The position numbers and the translations under genes were made by a program. Under the pieces are notes generated by a model. It was not told the DNA's origin. It was given only the letters and a program-made list of their open reading frames with translations, and searched no databases. Of a stretch of 64,000 nt of DNA, positions 9,225-20,694 are shown piece after piece; the first letter of the stretch is position 1; each line of letters starts with the position of its first letter. Origin of the DNA: Candidatus Dojkabacteria bacterium (GTDB lineage Bacteria > Patescibacteriota > Dojkabacteria > SC72); the NCBI GenBank assembly GCA_040765985.1, contig JAXGRK010000002.1:9940-73939 (forward strand), given 5' to 3'.

Positions 9225-11230
9225 TTCTGCCAACTGTAATAGTCACATATATCCTGAGGTATCTCACCAAGAAATCTGGAAGGTATTTGAGTACTATACC
9301 CTTCCCTAGTCAATCTTTGTTCTGTGAAAGTAAGATACAATTTTTCCTTTGCTCTAGTAATGCCTACATAACACAATCGTCTTTCCTCCTCTAGTTCATC
9401 TTCATCTGTGAAAGATCTAGAGTGTGGAAGAATTCCCTCTTCTACACCGATAATAAATACATTATCAAACTCTAAACCCTTAGAAGAGTGCAATGTCATA
9501 AGATTAACATAATTACCACTCCCATCTTGGTTTTTACTCTGTTCTTGTTCAATCAGATTTATTTCCTGAAGAAACATATCTAGTGATTTCTCTTTATACT
9601 TAAGTACATAACTATTCGAAACATTCTTTAACTCTTCAATATTTTCCTTTTTGTACTCCGCCTCTTCAGAACCATCATCCATCCATTCTACATATCTTGT
9701 TTTTCTTAAAATATGATCTATCACGGATAAAACATTAAGACCTTGTGTCTCTATATAAATACCACCAAAGAGCGAAACAAGAGATTGAAATTTCATAACC
9801 TCTTCTTTTTTTGAAAGTATACATTCATACACCTTATTTGAAATATCTAAACTATGATTTAAAGAGTTTTCTAATTCATAGCTCCCAACAAGTAGTTCGC
9901 CTACAGAGCATGTACATTGATGAGCAATAGAATGTAGTTGAGCAACAGATTTAGGACCCATCTTTCTATTTGGAACATTTAAAATTCTTGATACACTTAA
10001 ATCATCCTTGAGATTAAAAAGGAATCTCATATAACTGAGAATATCTTTAATTTCTTTTCTCTCATAGAATCTAAAACCTCCAACGAGTTTATACGGCAAA
10101 CCACCCTTAAGCATTGCTTCCTCAATTGCTCTTGATTGATAGTTCGTTCTATACAGTACCGCTATTTCAGTTAATTGCTCCCCATTTCGTCTTAATCTAT
10201 TTATTTCATCAACAACATATTCAGCTTCGTTTTCTTGATCTTGTGCCTGGTATACGGTTATACTCTTACCCGAATCTTTTTCAGTCCAAAGTTTTTTGTC
10301 TACTCGTAATGCATTTTGCTTAATTACAGACATAGCTGCTGATATTACATTACCTGTAGATCTGTAGTTCTGTTCTAATTTAATAACTTTTACACTTTTA
10401 AAATCTTTTTCAAATGATTGTATATTTTTAATATCAGCACCTCTCCACCCATATATACCCTGATCATCATCTCCTACTACACAAATATTTTGATATTTCT
10501 GAGACATTAGTTTGGCAAACATATACTGAGCAGTATTAGTGTCTTGGTATTCGTCTATGAGGATGTATCTATATATCTCTTGATATGATTCAAGTACTTT
10601 CTTGTTATCTGCTAAAAGCTTAACAGTAAGATATATTAAATCACCGAAATCTTCATCATTTTGTGCTTGTAACTGTTTTTTGTATAAGGGGTATATATCC
10701 GTAACAATATCCTCGATATACCCACCGTAGTGTTGAGAGAATTTATCAGGACCAATCAATTCGTTTTTTGCTGCGGAAATAAAGTATGATATAGATTTAG
10801 GTTTAATCTGTTTAATATCAATATCTTGTTCAATGAGAATATCTTTAATCAGGTTATCAGAATCATCAGAATCGAATATTGAGAAATTAGGTAGTAAACC
10901 AACTTCTTTTGCATTATGTCTAAGAAATAGCGCTCCGATAGAGTGAAAAGTTCCTATTAGTGGTATCTCTTTATTACTTACCTCTAAATCTTTAAGTATC
11001 CCCATTACTCTCTCTTGCATCTCTCCTGCTGCTTTTTTAGTAAATGTTACAGCCATAATATTACCAGGAGATACATCTTTATTTGTAATGAGATGAGCAA
11101 TACGATTTGTTATTACTCTCGTTTTACCAGAACCAGCACCAGCGAAAACCAGCAGTGGGCCATCTGTTGTCTCGACAGCAATCTTTTGCTGACTATTCAA
11201 TTTTCCAAAAATAATGTCTTGGGATACCAC
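9221..11230 (-). CDS. UvrD/PcrA/Rep-family ATP-dependent DNA helicase
   Basis: 669 aa. Walker A AGAGSGKTRVITNRIAHLI, plus the DEYQDT and YRS helicase motifs in order. Intact. Confidence 0.88.
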   Translation of the reverse strand: MVSQDIIFGKLNSQQKIAVETTDGPLLVFAGAGSGKTRVITNRIAHLITNKDVSPGNIMAVTFTKKAAGEMQERVMGILKDLEVSNKEIPLIGTFHSIGALFLRHNAKEVGLLPNFSIFDSDDSDNLIKDILIEQDIDIKQIKPKSISYFISAAKNELIGPDKFSQHYGGYIEDIVTDIYPLYKKQLQAQNDEDFGDLIYLTVKLLADNKKVLESYQEIYRYILIDEYQDTNTAQYMFAKLMSQKYQNICVVGDDDQGIYGWRGADIKNIQSFEKDFKSVKVIKLEQNYRSTGNVISAAMSVIKQNALRVDKKLWTEKDSGKSITVYQAQDQENEAEYVVDEINRLRRNGEQLTEIAVLYRTNYQSRAIEEAMLKGGLPYKLVGGFRFYERKEIKDILSYMRFLFNLKDDLSVSRILNVPNRKMGPKSVAQLHSIAHQCTCSVGELLVGSYELENSLNHSLDISNKVYECILSKKEEVMKFQSLVSLFGGIYIETQGLNVLSVIDHILRKTRYVEWMDDGSEEAEYKKENIEELKNVSNSYVLKYKEKSLDMFLQEINLIEQEQSKNQDGSGNYVNLMTLHSSKGLEFDNVFIIGVEEGILPHSRSFTDEDELEEERRLCYVGITRAKEKLYLTFTEQRLTREGYSTQIPSRFLGEIPQDICDYYSWQN

Positions 11231-11300
11231 AGTACAGATTATATTCTAAGTTGAAATTAAGATATATAGATGAACAGTTATAAGGCGAAAAATATATGAA

Positions 11301-12497
11301 CTAAATCTCTTTAGCGTATTTCTGATATACCCATCCCTTGTTACCATCATTAAAGAGTATTTCATACCATCCTTCTTCTTTCTTAGTAACAATAAATACA
11401 TCACCTTCATTTGCGACTTCAACCTTTGCACAGCTATACCATCTGCACTCTCGAATATTAACAAATCCATATTCAGGGGATACTATCTCTATTAGTTTGT
11501 TGTCTCCTTTGACAATTGTAAACTCAATATCAAACTCACTACCCTCTACGCTGTTTTCCGAAGATTTCATAAAGTAGTAACTCTCTTTGTATGTACCTGG
11601 TCTACTTTTAGCATTTAATTCGAATGTGACTTCTGTTGAGTCTCCTGGCTTAACATAGCTGCTTTTAATATATGTTGGTTTACTGAAACTCTCCCATACA
11701 CCATTAATTGCATGAGGACTTTCTATCGAATCTTTTGTAGAGATATATATGTATGTAGAACCACCAAACCAAGTAAAATCATTTTCATTTTTAATATCTA
11801 CTTTAACTAACAACTTTTTCCCTATCTCTACCTCTTTGGAATAATCGACAGAAATAATACTTCCCTTGTATTCGAGATCTCCTTCCTCACTCCATTGAAC
11901 ATTTTCAATAGAACTTAGAATAGAATTTCTCATAGATTTCTGAGATGAAGAGTATGTGAGATATGATATGGATTTATCATCTTTCTTTATTTTTAAATCT
12001 ACAAAATCCCAACTTCCCTCTTTTACACCGTATTTATATGATAGCTCTTGAACAAAAGAGGTAAGTGAAGAACTCGCTCTTGGAGATAGGGTTGTACTAT
12101 TATCCATTATTCCAATTAAAACAACGCCTTCACCTGCCTGTAATCCAGGATTTATACCTATACCACCTCTCGCACCTTCATATATATTCCCACTTCTATC
12201 AATTAGATAGTTATATGGTATATCGTTTAATTTTAATCTTGTGATACTGTAGTAATACAAGAGTTTAATCCATAGCTGTGGATCATCAGTCAAATCATTA
12301 CTGAAACCATTTAATTGGGATATATATATTTTTTGAGGAAAAGAGTAAATATCAGATTCTTCAGAGAGAGTTTCATCAAATCCCATATCTTCTCTTTTAA
12401 CGATATCTATTGCATAAATATCCTTAGGAAAGAAGGAAAATATATTCAAAGCAATTACAGATATAAAAAAAACTTTTATTAGTTTCATACTGTCCAT
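11301..12497 (-). CDS. Secreted amidase_2/PGRP-like peptidoglycan amidase domain protein with C-terminal SH3b domain
   Basis: 398 aa. Signal peptide. YNYLIDRSGNIYEGARGG...VVLIGIMDN resembles the amidase_2 core. The C-terminal EGDVFIVTKKEEGWYEILFNDGNKGWVYQKY is SH3b-like. Confidence 0.5.
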   Translation of the reverse strand: MDSMKLIKVFFISVIALNIFSFFPKDIYAIDIVKREDMGFDETLSEESDIYSFPQKIYISQLNGFSNDLTDDPQLWIKLLYYYSITRLKLNDIPYNYLIDRSGNIYEGARGGIGINPGLQAGEGVVLIGIMDNSTTLSPRASSSLTSFVQELSYKYGVKEGSWDFVDLKIKKDDKSISYLTYSSSQKSMRNSILSSIENVQWSEEGDLEYKGSIISVDYSKEVEIGKKLLVKVDIKNENDFTWFGGSTYIYISTKDSIESPHAINGVWESFSKPTYIKSSYVKPGDSTEVTFELNAKSRPGTYKESYYFMKSSENSVEGSEFDIEFTIVKGDNKLIEIVSPEYGFVNIRECRWYSCAKVEVANEGDVFIVTKKEEGWYEILFNDGNKGWVYQKYAKEI

Positions 12498-12509
12498 TGT
12501 ATCACATAA

Positions 12510-13478
12510 CTAATCTTGAGAAGAAAGATAATCAGGGTCTATAGCATTGATATAATAAACTGCTGGTACAGAATAAACTTCCTCTTCGTATTCAACCTCA
12601 CAGGTAGCATCCACTTTATATATTGGCAAGATATTACTCTGTTCCATACCTTGATATAAGTAGATGATGTCAAGATCTCCAGATTTGCAATTAGATACTT
12701 TATCAAGGACATCATCTATCCACGAGGAAAAACTATAGGGGGTATCATCAATTACAGAATTTAAAACTGCAAAATTAACATAACTTTCTTTTGGATACTC
12801 TTCCAGTTTAATATATGTTAATAGTAAATCTTTAGAGATTAAAGGCACCACAAATTTTTCTTTTATAAATTCTGTCAAAATAACTTCTCCCCCTTTTAAT
12901 TTTCCATTTGAATTGAATATTAAAATATCAGAATACTCTTTACTACGTCCGAGTTGAATAGGAACTTCATTCAATACCCTGCTTGCATAATACCAGATAT
13001 CACCATTCTCAGATATTTCTGTTTTAGAAAAGATAAAATTATAATCCTTTTGTAAATATGATTGAAAAAAGAGTGCAAATGCATCTTCGCCCTCTGATAT
13101 ATCAAGTGGTTTTGATAAATCAAATGACAGAATTCCTGTACTCATTTCATAGGAAAATGAATTACTATTATCTTCCCAGTATATTACCTCTTTATTATTA
13201 TTTTTATCTAGAGATAAAGATACTTTTTGAATCATTGATTCTACAATTGAGGTGTTATCTTCTTGGTTAATTTCATATATATTAAAATCTCGGTTAGAGA
13301 AATTTTTTAAACCTGAGATATCGAGTTTTAAATCTGTTTTTCCCAATTGTACGGATTTTATTGGTTCAGAAGGATAATTTTTCTTCGTTGATTTTTCTAC
13401 AAGATAAATAACAATAAATATTAATAATAAAATGATTGAGATAGTAAATAATATTTTTATATATTTATTTGTTTTCAT
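12510..13478 (-). CDS. Bitopic membrane protein (N-terminal TM, roughly 290 aa extracytoplasmic domain), function unknown
   Basis: 322 aa. One N-terminal TM (ILFTISIILLLIFIVIYLV). VirB8-like topology only, no motif evidence. Confidence 0.5.
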   Translation of the reverse strand: MKTNKYIKILFTISIILLLIFIVIYLVEKSTKKNYPSEPIKSVQLGKTDLKLDISGLKNFSNRDFNIYEINQEDNTSIVESMIQKVSLSLDKNNNKEVIYWEDNSNSFSYEMSTGILSFDLSKPLDISEGEDAFALFFQSYLQKDYNFIFSKTEISENGDIWYYASRVLNEVPIQLGRSKEYSDILIFNSNGKLKGGEVILTEFIKEKFVVPLISKDLLLTYIKLEEYPKESYVNFAVLNSVIDDTPYSFSSWIDDVLDKVSNCKSGDLDIIYLYQGMEQSNILPIYKVDATCEVEYEEEVYSVPAVYYINAIDPDYLSSQD

Positions 13479-13489
13479 AATATATTGTA

Positions 13490-16109
13490 TTAATTACATT
13501 GATTACACCCCGAAAGACCTGGGACATCACAACCGAAACTTTGTAATACAGCCAAAGGATCAACGGCAGAGCCATTCATTTTTATCTCAAGATGTAAGTG
13601 GGGACCAGTCCAACAAGCTCCTGTTGGTAACTTAGTAAGAACTGCAGCAATAGGTTTTCTATCTTCGGATATAAAATCTCCTCCCAACTCGCTTCCTATG
13701 GCTAACTCTTCATTTTAACTTAACATGAACGAAAAGAAAGGTATAAGTATTTGTTCCATCAAATGCCTCAAATTTTACATAATCGCCAGCAGGAGATTTA
13801 CAAGGATAGTTTGCAGAACTTGTCACTTTACATGAAGTACCTGGTTTTCCACAGAATTGAGGAGCGTAAAGACCACCACTAAAGCCCAAATCAACAGGTT
13901 TTGCACCTGAAATATTTGCATGACTAAAACAGGTACCATCATCAACCCAACCTTGAGTACAACTAACACCCGAAGAAGTCCCAAGTATACATTTTTCCCC
14001 TGTAAGTGGTGGCATGACAACATCTTCTTCTTCATAGTCATCTTCGGGGTTTTCTGGTGTAGGTTCTGTGAATTCATAATCAGGACATATTTCAACTTTA
14101 CCAGGTATTACACTTCTATAGGAGTATGTCCATACATTGTAATCTGCTACTGCCTTATTGGCTATTCCTGAAAGTAAAATAAAAACTCCAACTATACCAA
14201 AAGCTATCAAAACACCTAAAGACATAAAAACCTTCGTTAGTTTCATAAGCATATCAGTAAGAACCCATGTGACAGCAGTAACAAAAGCACTTCCTAAGGG
14301 TGTTAATACCAAACCAGCAGCACCAGCTATTGCTGTAACTAAAGATCGGACTAAAGTTTTTAATCCACCCTGAGTAATCCATGTTCCAAGAAGTTTTCCA
14401 GCACCCGATTTAATCATCCATTTTTTAAGAGTTGCATTTTTAAGAAGCATTCTCGCAAAGTTTACCCTAGCTTTTTTCGTTATTTTGTTTTTGAAAAAAC
14501 TTTCAATTTTCCCTTTTATTCTATTTCCTGTACCAAATATATTTGCTACCGCCTTCAGTGTTTTTGACCTCTTAAATACATATTCTATTCTTCTAAGATT
14601 CTTTTCTGATATTCCAGAAGTTTTTAATTTAAGTAAGGTTGTCCGCATGTATTCATCCATTTTTTTACCAGAAAGTTTTTCAAAATTTGCAAACAACTCT
14701 TTTTGAGATAAACCCTCTATATCATCAAGGGATTCAAGTTGTTTACTGAGAAGAAAAACAAATCCCTCCCCATTGAACAAAAAAGTATTGATTAAAGATT
14801 TAGGAGTCATGTAGTAAAGAGATTCTCCCATTTCGTTATATGCGTTCTTTATTGAAGATCCCTTTCCTGTAGTTTCTTCTGCCCTAAGAATTCTAACTCC
14901 AAAAGCTTGTTTTGTAGTTGTGGGACAAAGGACAGAGTTTCTTCCTTCGTTAAAAAAATCTCCATTAATAATACTAGGTACCAAATTCTTCATCGAAAGT
15001 CCCCCCCAAACATCATTTATTGAATTTACATATCCTTCAATCCTTCCCAAACCACCGATAAAATTATTTCTATTACCTAATAGTTTTCTTGCAATTTCTC
15101 CATCTCTAATAGCGCCCTCTATTTCTTGTCTTCTAGCAGGATCCTTTTCATCTTTCAAGGCCAGTTTTAAATCCTGCATTTGCGATTCATTTCTCATATT
15201 TATGAGCAAGAGACTTTTTTCATACATTTTTCTCTGTTTCTCTTCTGGTGATCCAGCAGAAGCATTCTTTAAAGGACCAATCTTACTCATTAAGTGGTCT
15301 TTTTCTAATTGTCTGTATAGTTCTGGACTTGAAATATCTATATCCTCTGTTTTGGTATGTGTTGCTCTTCCAAAACCCTCAGCTGCTTCTCTCCCATATC
15401 TTTGAGCCAAATATCTTTGAATAAATTCCTTCTGAACTCCCCCTGAAAGATCTTTCTCATTTGCAAATTTTTCAATAAATTCATACTTTTCTTGCTCTCC
15501 CATTGAATCCCATTTATTTCCAAATGTTCTTCTTCCAATTAGTTCAATACTCCTATCTCTCATAAAATCTGAATTGGAAAGAGAATCTGTTCTAATATTT
15601 TGTCCTATTGCTCTTTGTACCTTGTATGCTTCGGCTTTTTCATTTGCACCCGCACGAGCTAGGGCAATTTCTTTTGCTTCCTGATCGCCATATTGATGAG
15701 CCCACGCAGTAGTAAGGAAATCATCCATTACCTCTCCTAAGAATCTTACCTTATTTTGCTTTCTGGCTAAGTTAATATCATCAATAGATTTTTGAACATA
15801 ACCCGCAGGATCTTTTAACAAATCTATGATTTTTCCAGTACTTATTGATAAACCACCATACTCATCAAATTTAACTTCTCCAAGTTTAATATCGAGCATA
15901 CGATTGTATTCTTTAATCATTGTGTTAGATAGAAACACACCAGGCATTTCTAACGATGCCACTAATGCATCAGTTAACATACTCTCTCCAGAGATACCAG
16001 TTGGTTTAATAGGTCTTCTTTTATCAGGACTTTTTTTAGATTCCTTGAAGATGAAGTCAAATATAGAACCTAATGCATCATAGTTTTCACTTTTATTTTT
16101 TTGAGCCAT
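13490..16109 (-). CDS. Large (roughly 870 aa) membrane protein with C-terminal M23/LytM peptidase domain. C-terminus split by an apparent 1-nt frameshift at about 13688-13712
   Basis: The track ORF 13710..16109 (roughly 590 aa soluble N-terminal region, then 2-3 TM helices, then a Cys-rich region) ends FLFVHVKLK*. The +1 frame continues ...ELAIGSELGGDFISEDRKPIAAVLTKLPTGACWTGPHLHLEIKMNGSAVDPL (track ORF 13490..13687), which is the M23 HxH signature. Adding one A in ttaaaatga fuses them. Confidence 0.6.
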
Positions 16110-16122
16110 AAAAAACTATAAC

Positions 16123-17601
16123 TTAACCTTTAAATAATCCACCTACAAGTGGTATTTTCGATAAACTGTCTTTTACATTCTTTGATGCCTCTCCCATAGC
16201 ACGAGATGAATCTGCGGGAAGCCATGCCTCAAGATATTTTGGGGCTTGTGCTGCAAAGTATAGAGACAAAACTTTTAATACTGCAATGAAAATACCCGCA
16301 GAAAGATTTACTGGCATACCATTAGGGTCTCCAACTAATTTCGCGGGAAATGATAAACTCATATCCCCTGTTTGTACTGAATTTAACACATTTGGAAGAT
16401 AGATAATAAAAAGAACCATTGGGAAGACTAAAACATTCCTAACTATTGAAAGAAACCAGTTAGTAAGGAATTTGTTATTACCTGGAATCGCACCCAATGT
16501 TATTTGTATTGGTCCCGAAATAACAGCAAACAATAAAGAGAAGTATGCTTTAAATAAAGTTATTAGAACTTTAATTGCACCAAATAAGATAATACCTATC
16601 GCTGATATTACTAATATAATACCAACAAATCCTATAGCTCCAGTCACAGGATTACTAAAAATAGCAACTAATGCAACTACGCCTGCAACAGTACTTGCAG
16701 TAGCAACTTTTGTAAATGAATCCAACCCGATTCCTTGTAAAAAGTCTGATAATGTACCAGCTAATCCCGAACCACTATTAAATGTTGCCTTAATAAGATT
16801 TCCTAAAGTAGATATGGGAGTAGGATCCTCGACATCTAGAATCCATAAAACAATCCCATTCATTACACCTCCTAAATCTATAATAAGACCTGCTATAGCA
16901 AAACTAAAAGTTGCAATTATCAAAGATATAATTACTCTTGGTAAAACATTTCCTAACGTTACAATTGTTTGTCCTCCTAATTTATTCCTAAACATTATCA
17001 TAAATCCGGCAGCTATCATGATAAGAACAAAAACTACATAAGAGATATTTAATACACGTGTCCATATAACATCTATACCTGTTTTTGATAATTCATTATA
17101 TCCAGAATCTGCGTATAATTTATTTGTTTGATCACTATAACCAGGTACCCATTGCTGAGCCAGGTGTTCTGGCACATCAAAGGTCGGGTAATTAGCATAT
17201 AACCCTTCATTCATATCAAATGTCATACCTAACAAACCTCTTTGTAAATCTTTCGGAATATTATTATTTGCCATTGCAAGAGCATCCCCTCCTTCAAGAA
17301 TTTCAGGGAACAGATATGAAAGAAATCTTGTTGCGACATTGTAATCTTCTAAGCCACCTCGGCTACCCATATTATCTTCAAAAAGATTAGCTACCATATT
17401 AATAATATTCTGAAAAGTTTTTGTCTCCTCCCACGCAGGTTTAATCTTAATTGGATATTCTTCATTCGCTGCATATGCGTTGAAGGAAAAAAAGAAAAGA
17501 AAAGAAATTCCAAAACTAATAATCAACATTTGAAAGAAATTCCAATTGATATTGTCTTTTCTTTGATTAATTAAATGATATGTTTTTTTGACAAAGGACA
17601 T
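16123..17601 (-). CDS. Polytopic membrane protein (8 or more TM helices after a signal peptide and periplasmic domain). VirB6/TrbL-like by topology only
   Basis: 492 aa. Signal-like N-terminus, roughly 150 aa hydrophilic segment, then many hydrophobic helices rich in G/A/I/L. No diagnostic motif readable by eye. Confidence 0.45.
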   Translation of the reverse strand: MSFVKKTYHLINQRKDNINWNFFQMLIISFGISFLFFFSFNAYAANEEYPIKIKPAWEETKTFQNIINMVANLFEDNMGSRGGLEDYNVATRFLSYLFPEILEGGDALAMANNNIPKDLQRGLLGMTFDMNEGLYANYPTFDVPEHLAQQWVPGYSDQTNKLYADSGYNELSKTGIDVIWTRVLNISYVVFVLIMIAAGFMIMFRNKLGGQTIVTLGNVLPRVIISLIIATFSFAIAGLIIDLGGVMNGIVLWILDVEDPTPISTLGNLIKATFNSGSGLAGTLSDFLQGIGLDSFTKVATASTVAGVVALVAIFSNPVTGAIGFVGIILVISAIGIILFGAIKVLITLFKAYFSLLFAVISGPIQITLGAIPGNNKFLTNWFLSIVRNVLVFPMVLFIIYLPNVLNSVQTGDMSLSFPAKLVGDPNGMPVNLSAGIFIAVLKVLSLYFAAQAPKYLEAWLPADSSRAMGEASKNVKDSLSKIPLVGGLFKG

Positions 17602-17623
17602 CGTATATAAAATAATAATTTAT

Positions 17624-19039
17624 CTAAGGACCAATATCTCGATCAATTCCTCTAGTTCCTTTTACTTTTTCAAGTAAAAATTTATTATACTCTACATCTG
17701 TTGGAGTATCATCTACTGTAGGAATATCATCGTACTCATTAACTTTTCTCTCCTTATAAAGATGAGACATATCCCAAGCACACTTAACAGTTGCTTGAAT
17801 TGGTGTTCCCGCAATTTCAACTAGACAATCTGTTAAATAATACTTCTTTTTACCTAAATCTGTTGATGGTATAGATACAACCATATTCCTTGTATCCATA
17901 AATGTATTAGTACATGCAGATCCACTTGCACAGTCTTCATCCGAACCAAACGGAGAGGACATCATAATAACAATATCGTCAGTAGAAATACATTCTGGAT
18001 CACCATCCCCGTAAAAATAACATTTAATAAGGTCCATTATCCCTTTAATTTTGTCATACACTGTAGATCCTGTTGTTCCCCAACCTAATATATATTTTAG
18101 TCTTTCTACCGATCTAGTAACGATATCCGTTTTACATGCATTATACTGATTGTTATCCCATAATATAAATTCAGCATCTTCACACTCATCTATTGGTTCA
18201 AGAGTTTCTTCCTTCTCATTGGGTGCTCTATAAAAGGAATCTTGCAGAAATTCAGAAATAACATTAGACTTTTGAGGATTTACATTTGATATATTATTAT
18301 ATTTTTCTTCTTCGCACTTATTACCTAATTCCTTCTCAAGAGCTATATTGCCATCTTCAGATTTTGCTTCAGTATCACCGAACTTGAGAAAATAATCAGT
18401 CTTAAAAGGTACATCTTCTTTAATACCCTTATATTCATAAATATTGTTATTTGGAGGAAGCATAGAGTTAGCCAATTCCTCATCAATTTGCTCTCCTGCT
18501 GGTTTAAGAGTATAAGAATCTTTTTTTATCAATCTGTTGGAATCTTTAACTTCAACACCTGAATAGAGTTCTAATGGAATAGTTACTTTAATCAAGAATA
18601 AATCTGCATCTTTAGATATTTGAAACCCTCCCTTATCTTTGGCACCATACTCTTGATAGAAAGGAACATCAATCTCACCTTCCCTAAAACAAATAGATTC
18701 TGTCTTTATCTCCATAATGCTATCATTTTCACATTGCACAGAAGAATTCGTTGCTGATAATACTTCAGAATTATTTTTAGAAGTCTCCTCTGCAATTTTC
18801 ATAATGGTATTCTCCAATTCTTTTATCTCCGAGGTTTTTAATATCTCTTCATCGGGAAATAACTCTTCTAAAGATATAATTTCATCAAATTCTTGATTTT
18901 TTGAAGAAAGAGATTTGAGATCAATAGTTTCTTTGTCTGACTTTGAAAAGTTAACAACAAATATTATAAACATGGAAACAAATACCATTGAAAGTAAAAA
19001 CAATATAGGTTTTAATTTGTTTGAAACCCTTCTATACAT
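17624..19039 (-). CDS. Membrane-anchored Cys-rich secreted protein, unknown function
   Basis: 471 aa. N-terminal TM anchor. About 18 Cys, mostly in the C-terminal third. Confidence 0.55.
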   Translation of the reverse strand: MYRRVSNKLKPILFLLSMVFVSMFIIFVVNFSKSDKETIDLKSLSSKNQEFDEIISLEELFPDEEILKTSEIKELENTIMKIAEETSKNNSEVLSATNSSVQCENDSIMEIKTESICFREGEIDVPFYQEYGAKDKGGFQISKDADLFLIKVTIPLELYSGVEVKDSNRLIKKDSYTLKPAGEQIDEELANSMLPPNNNIYEYKGIKEDVPFKTDYFLKFGDTEAKSEDGNIALEKELGNKCEEEKYNNISNVNPQKSNVISEFLQDSFYRAPNEKEETLEPIDECEDAEFILWDNNQYNACKTDIVTRSVERLKYILGWGTTGSTVYDKIKGIMDLIKCYFYGDGDPECISTDDIVIMMSSPFGSDEDCASGSACTNTFMDTRNMVVSIPSTDLGKKKYYLTDCLVEIAGTPIQATVKCAWDMSHLYKERKVNEYDDIPTVDDTPTDVEYNKFLLEKVKGTRGIDRDIGP

Positions 19040-19057
19040 TTACATATTCTCAAATAT

Positions 19058-20671
19058 TTAATTAAGTAATAACCCATAATCCGTTAACAAATCAACCTTT
19101 CCTCCACCTACCTCTCCTAACTTACTTACATCCAATTCTATCTCATTTAATGATAGATTAAAATCATATTTATTACCTATAGCACCAAGAATATAAATCT
19201 GTAATATATCAGCATCAGAGAAAGAGAAATACGAAGAACCATCCTCGCTTCTTACATCCCCAATAACTAACTCCCATGTACCATTCGTATCAGGTAAAAC
19301 AGAAACATAACCAGAACTACCAACCGTACCTAATTCATCATTATCAATAATCTTTCCAACTAATACTAAATCAGATAGATCGTTAGAATTTACAACTTCT
19401 CCTACCCTAGTTTCTAATGGAGGAGAAGAGGAGAGTGTAGAGAAAGTTTTAAACGTATATTTCTGCCCATCGTAATCATACACATCATCACCTGAATATA
19501 TTTCAAAGTAGTATGTAGTATCTGGTTGTAATCTACCACTCTCTATGTAATGAGAGTAGTACTCTCCTTTTTCAGTATAGGTATCTCTTGAATCGACAAT
19601 CTCCTCAGTTAACTCTGTCTTACTAGTACCATATTTAACATATCCCTCCTCTTTTTGAGATGATCTCCAAGAGATTACAGCATAAGTATCTGTTAAATTT
19701 GTTACTGTTACAGTATCCTCTCCCGATTCCATCTCTATACTTCCTGCACTTGCAACTAAATCCTCCCATTGAACATCCTGTCTTCTCGTGTAAGCTTGTG
19801 GTTGAACAGGAACAACTGGTTTAACAGGTTGCTCTGGTTCTTCTGGCTCTTGTGGTTCTTCAGGAATAATAACTTCCTGAGAAGTACCTAAATCTGCAAT
19901 ATCAGGGAAATACTCTAACAAACTACTACCAAGAACCTCTTCTAACTGAATTGATTGAAGTAGTTTTCCCTTACTATCAAAAAGAGATGAATACGCACCC
20001 TCCAGTACTCCTCCTCTATCAACACCACTTCGTGCAAGAACTGTAAGATTCGTACTTTCCGTTACCTGGAGAATACTTTTATCCGATACACTTCTAATTG
20101 ATGACAAGTCTAAAGTCCAATTCCCAGTAGTAGGAACTTGAGTAGAAACAGGATATGTACTTTTATCACTAAAAAAGACATAAAGTATTACATCCTCTAA
20201 ATTACTCCCTGTAACCGAACCATACACAGGATTGGGAATTGGAGTAGTATCACTAATTGGGGCAGTTGAGAACTTATATTCAACCCCCTCCTTATTCTTA
20301 AACTTTTTACCATCTGAAAGTATTATAAAAGTATACTCAGTAGATGGCTCCAAGCTATCCAAAACAACATAATGGGAAACCTTGTTGGAGCTACTCCGAC
20401 TATCCTGAATGGGACTTTGTTCAACCCCATTAAGAATAGGGACAACATATCCACTGGTCTTTTTCTCTGTGACCCAACTTACTGTTAGAGAATTTGTAGT
20501 TATATTCGATATCAATACACCCTGAGGTGTAGAATCTGAACCCGCATTCGCAATAAATTGAACACCCTTGTAAACAAGAAAAACTACTGCAGGAGTCCCA
20601 AACAGTAGTAGTAAAACTAACCCTAACTGTCTCTTCTGATGTGGAGTTAAATTCATCTTTCTATGATACAA
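19058..20671 (-). CDS. Membrane-anchored surface protein with two Fn3-like domains
   Basis: 537 aa. N-terminal TM. SNITTNSLTVSWVTEK and VTNLTDTYAVISWRSSQKEEGYVKYGTS are Fn3-type strands. Pro/Glu-rich linker in the middle. Confidence 0.6.
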   Translation of the reverse strand: MYHRKMNLTPHQKRQLGLVLLLLFGTPAVVFLVYKGVQFIANAGSDSTPQGVLISNITTNSLTVSWVTEKKTSGYVVPILNGVEQSPIQDSRSSSNKVSHYVVLDSLEPSTEYTFIILSDGKKFKNKEGVEYKFSTAPISDTTPIPNPVYGSVTGSNLEDVILYVFFSDKSTYPVSTQVPTTGNWTLDLSSIRSVSDKSILQVTESTNLTVLARSGVDRGGVLEGAYSSLFDSKGKLLQSIQLEEVLGSSLLEYFPDIADLGTSQEVIIPEEPQEPEEPEQPVKPVVPVQPQAYTRRQDVQWEDLVASAGSIEMESGEDTVTVTNLTDTYAVISWRSSQKEEGYVKYGTSKTELTEEIVDSRDTYTEKGEYYSHYIESGRLQPDTTYYFEIYSGDDVYDYDGQKYTFKTFSTLSSSPPLETRVGEVVNSNDLSDLVLVGKIIDNDELGTVGSSGYVSVLPDTNGTWELVIGDVRSEDGSSYFSFSDADILQIYILGAIGNKYDFNLSLNEIELDVSKLGEVGGGKVDLLTDYGLLLN

Positions 20672-20694
20672 GGTACCTATATCAATATCAACGA

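Noticed and set aside
13490-16109. Phage tape-measure protein or prophage, suggested by the large helical protein with TM segments and a C-terminal M23 peptidase.
   Set aside because: No terminase, portal, capsid, tail or integrase genes anywhere in the window. The neighbours are envelope proteins and housekeeping genes.
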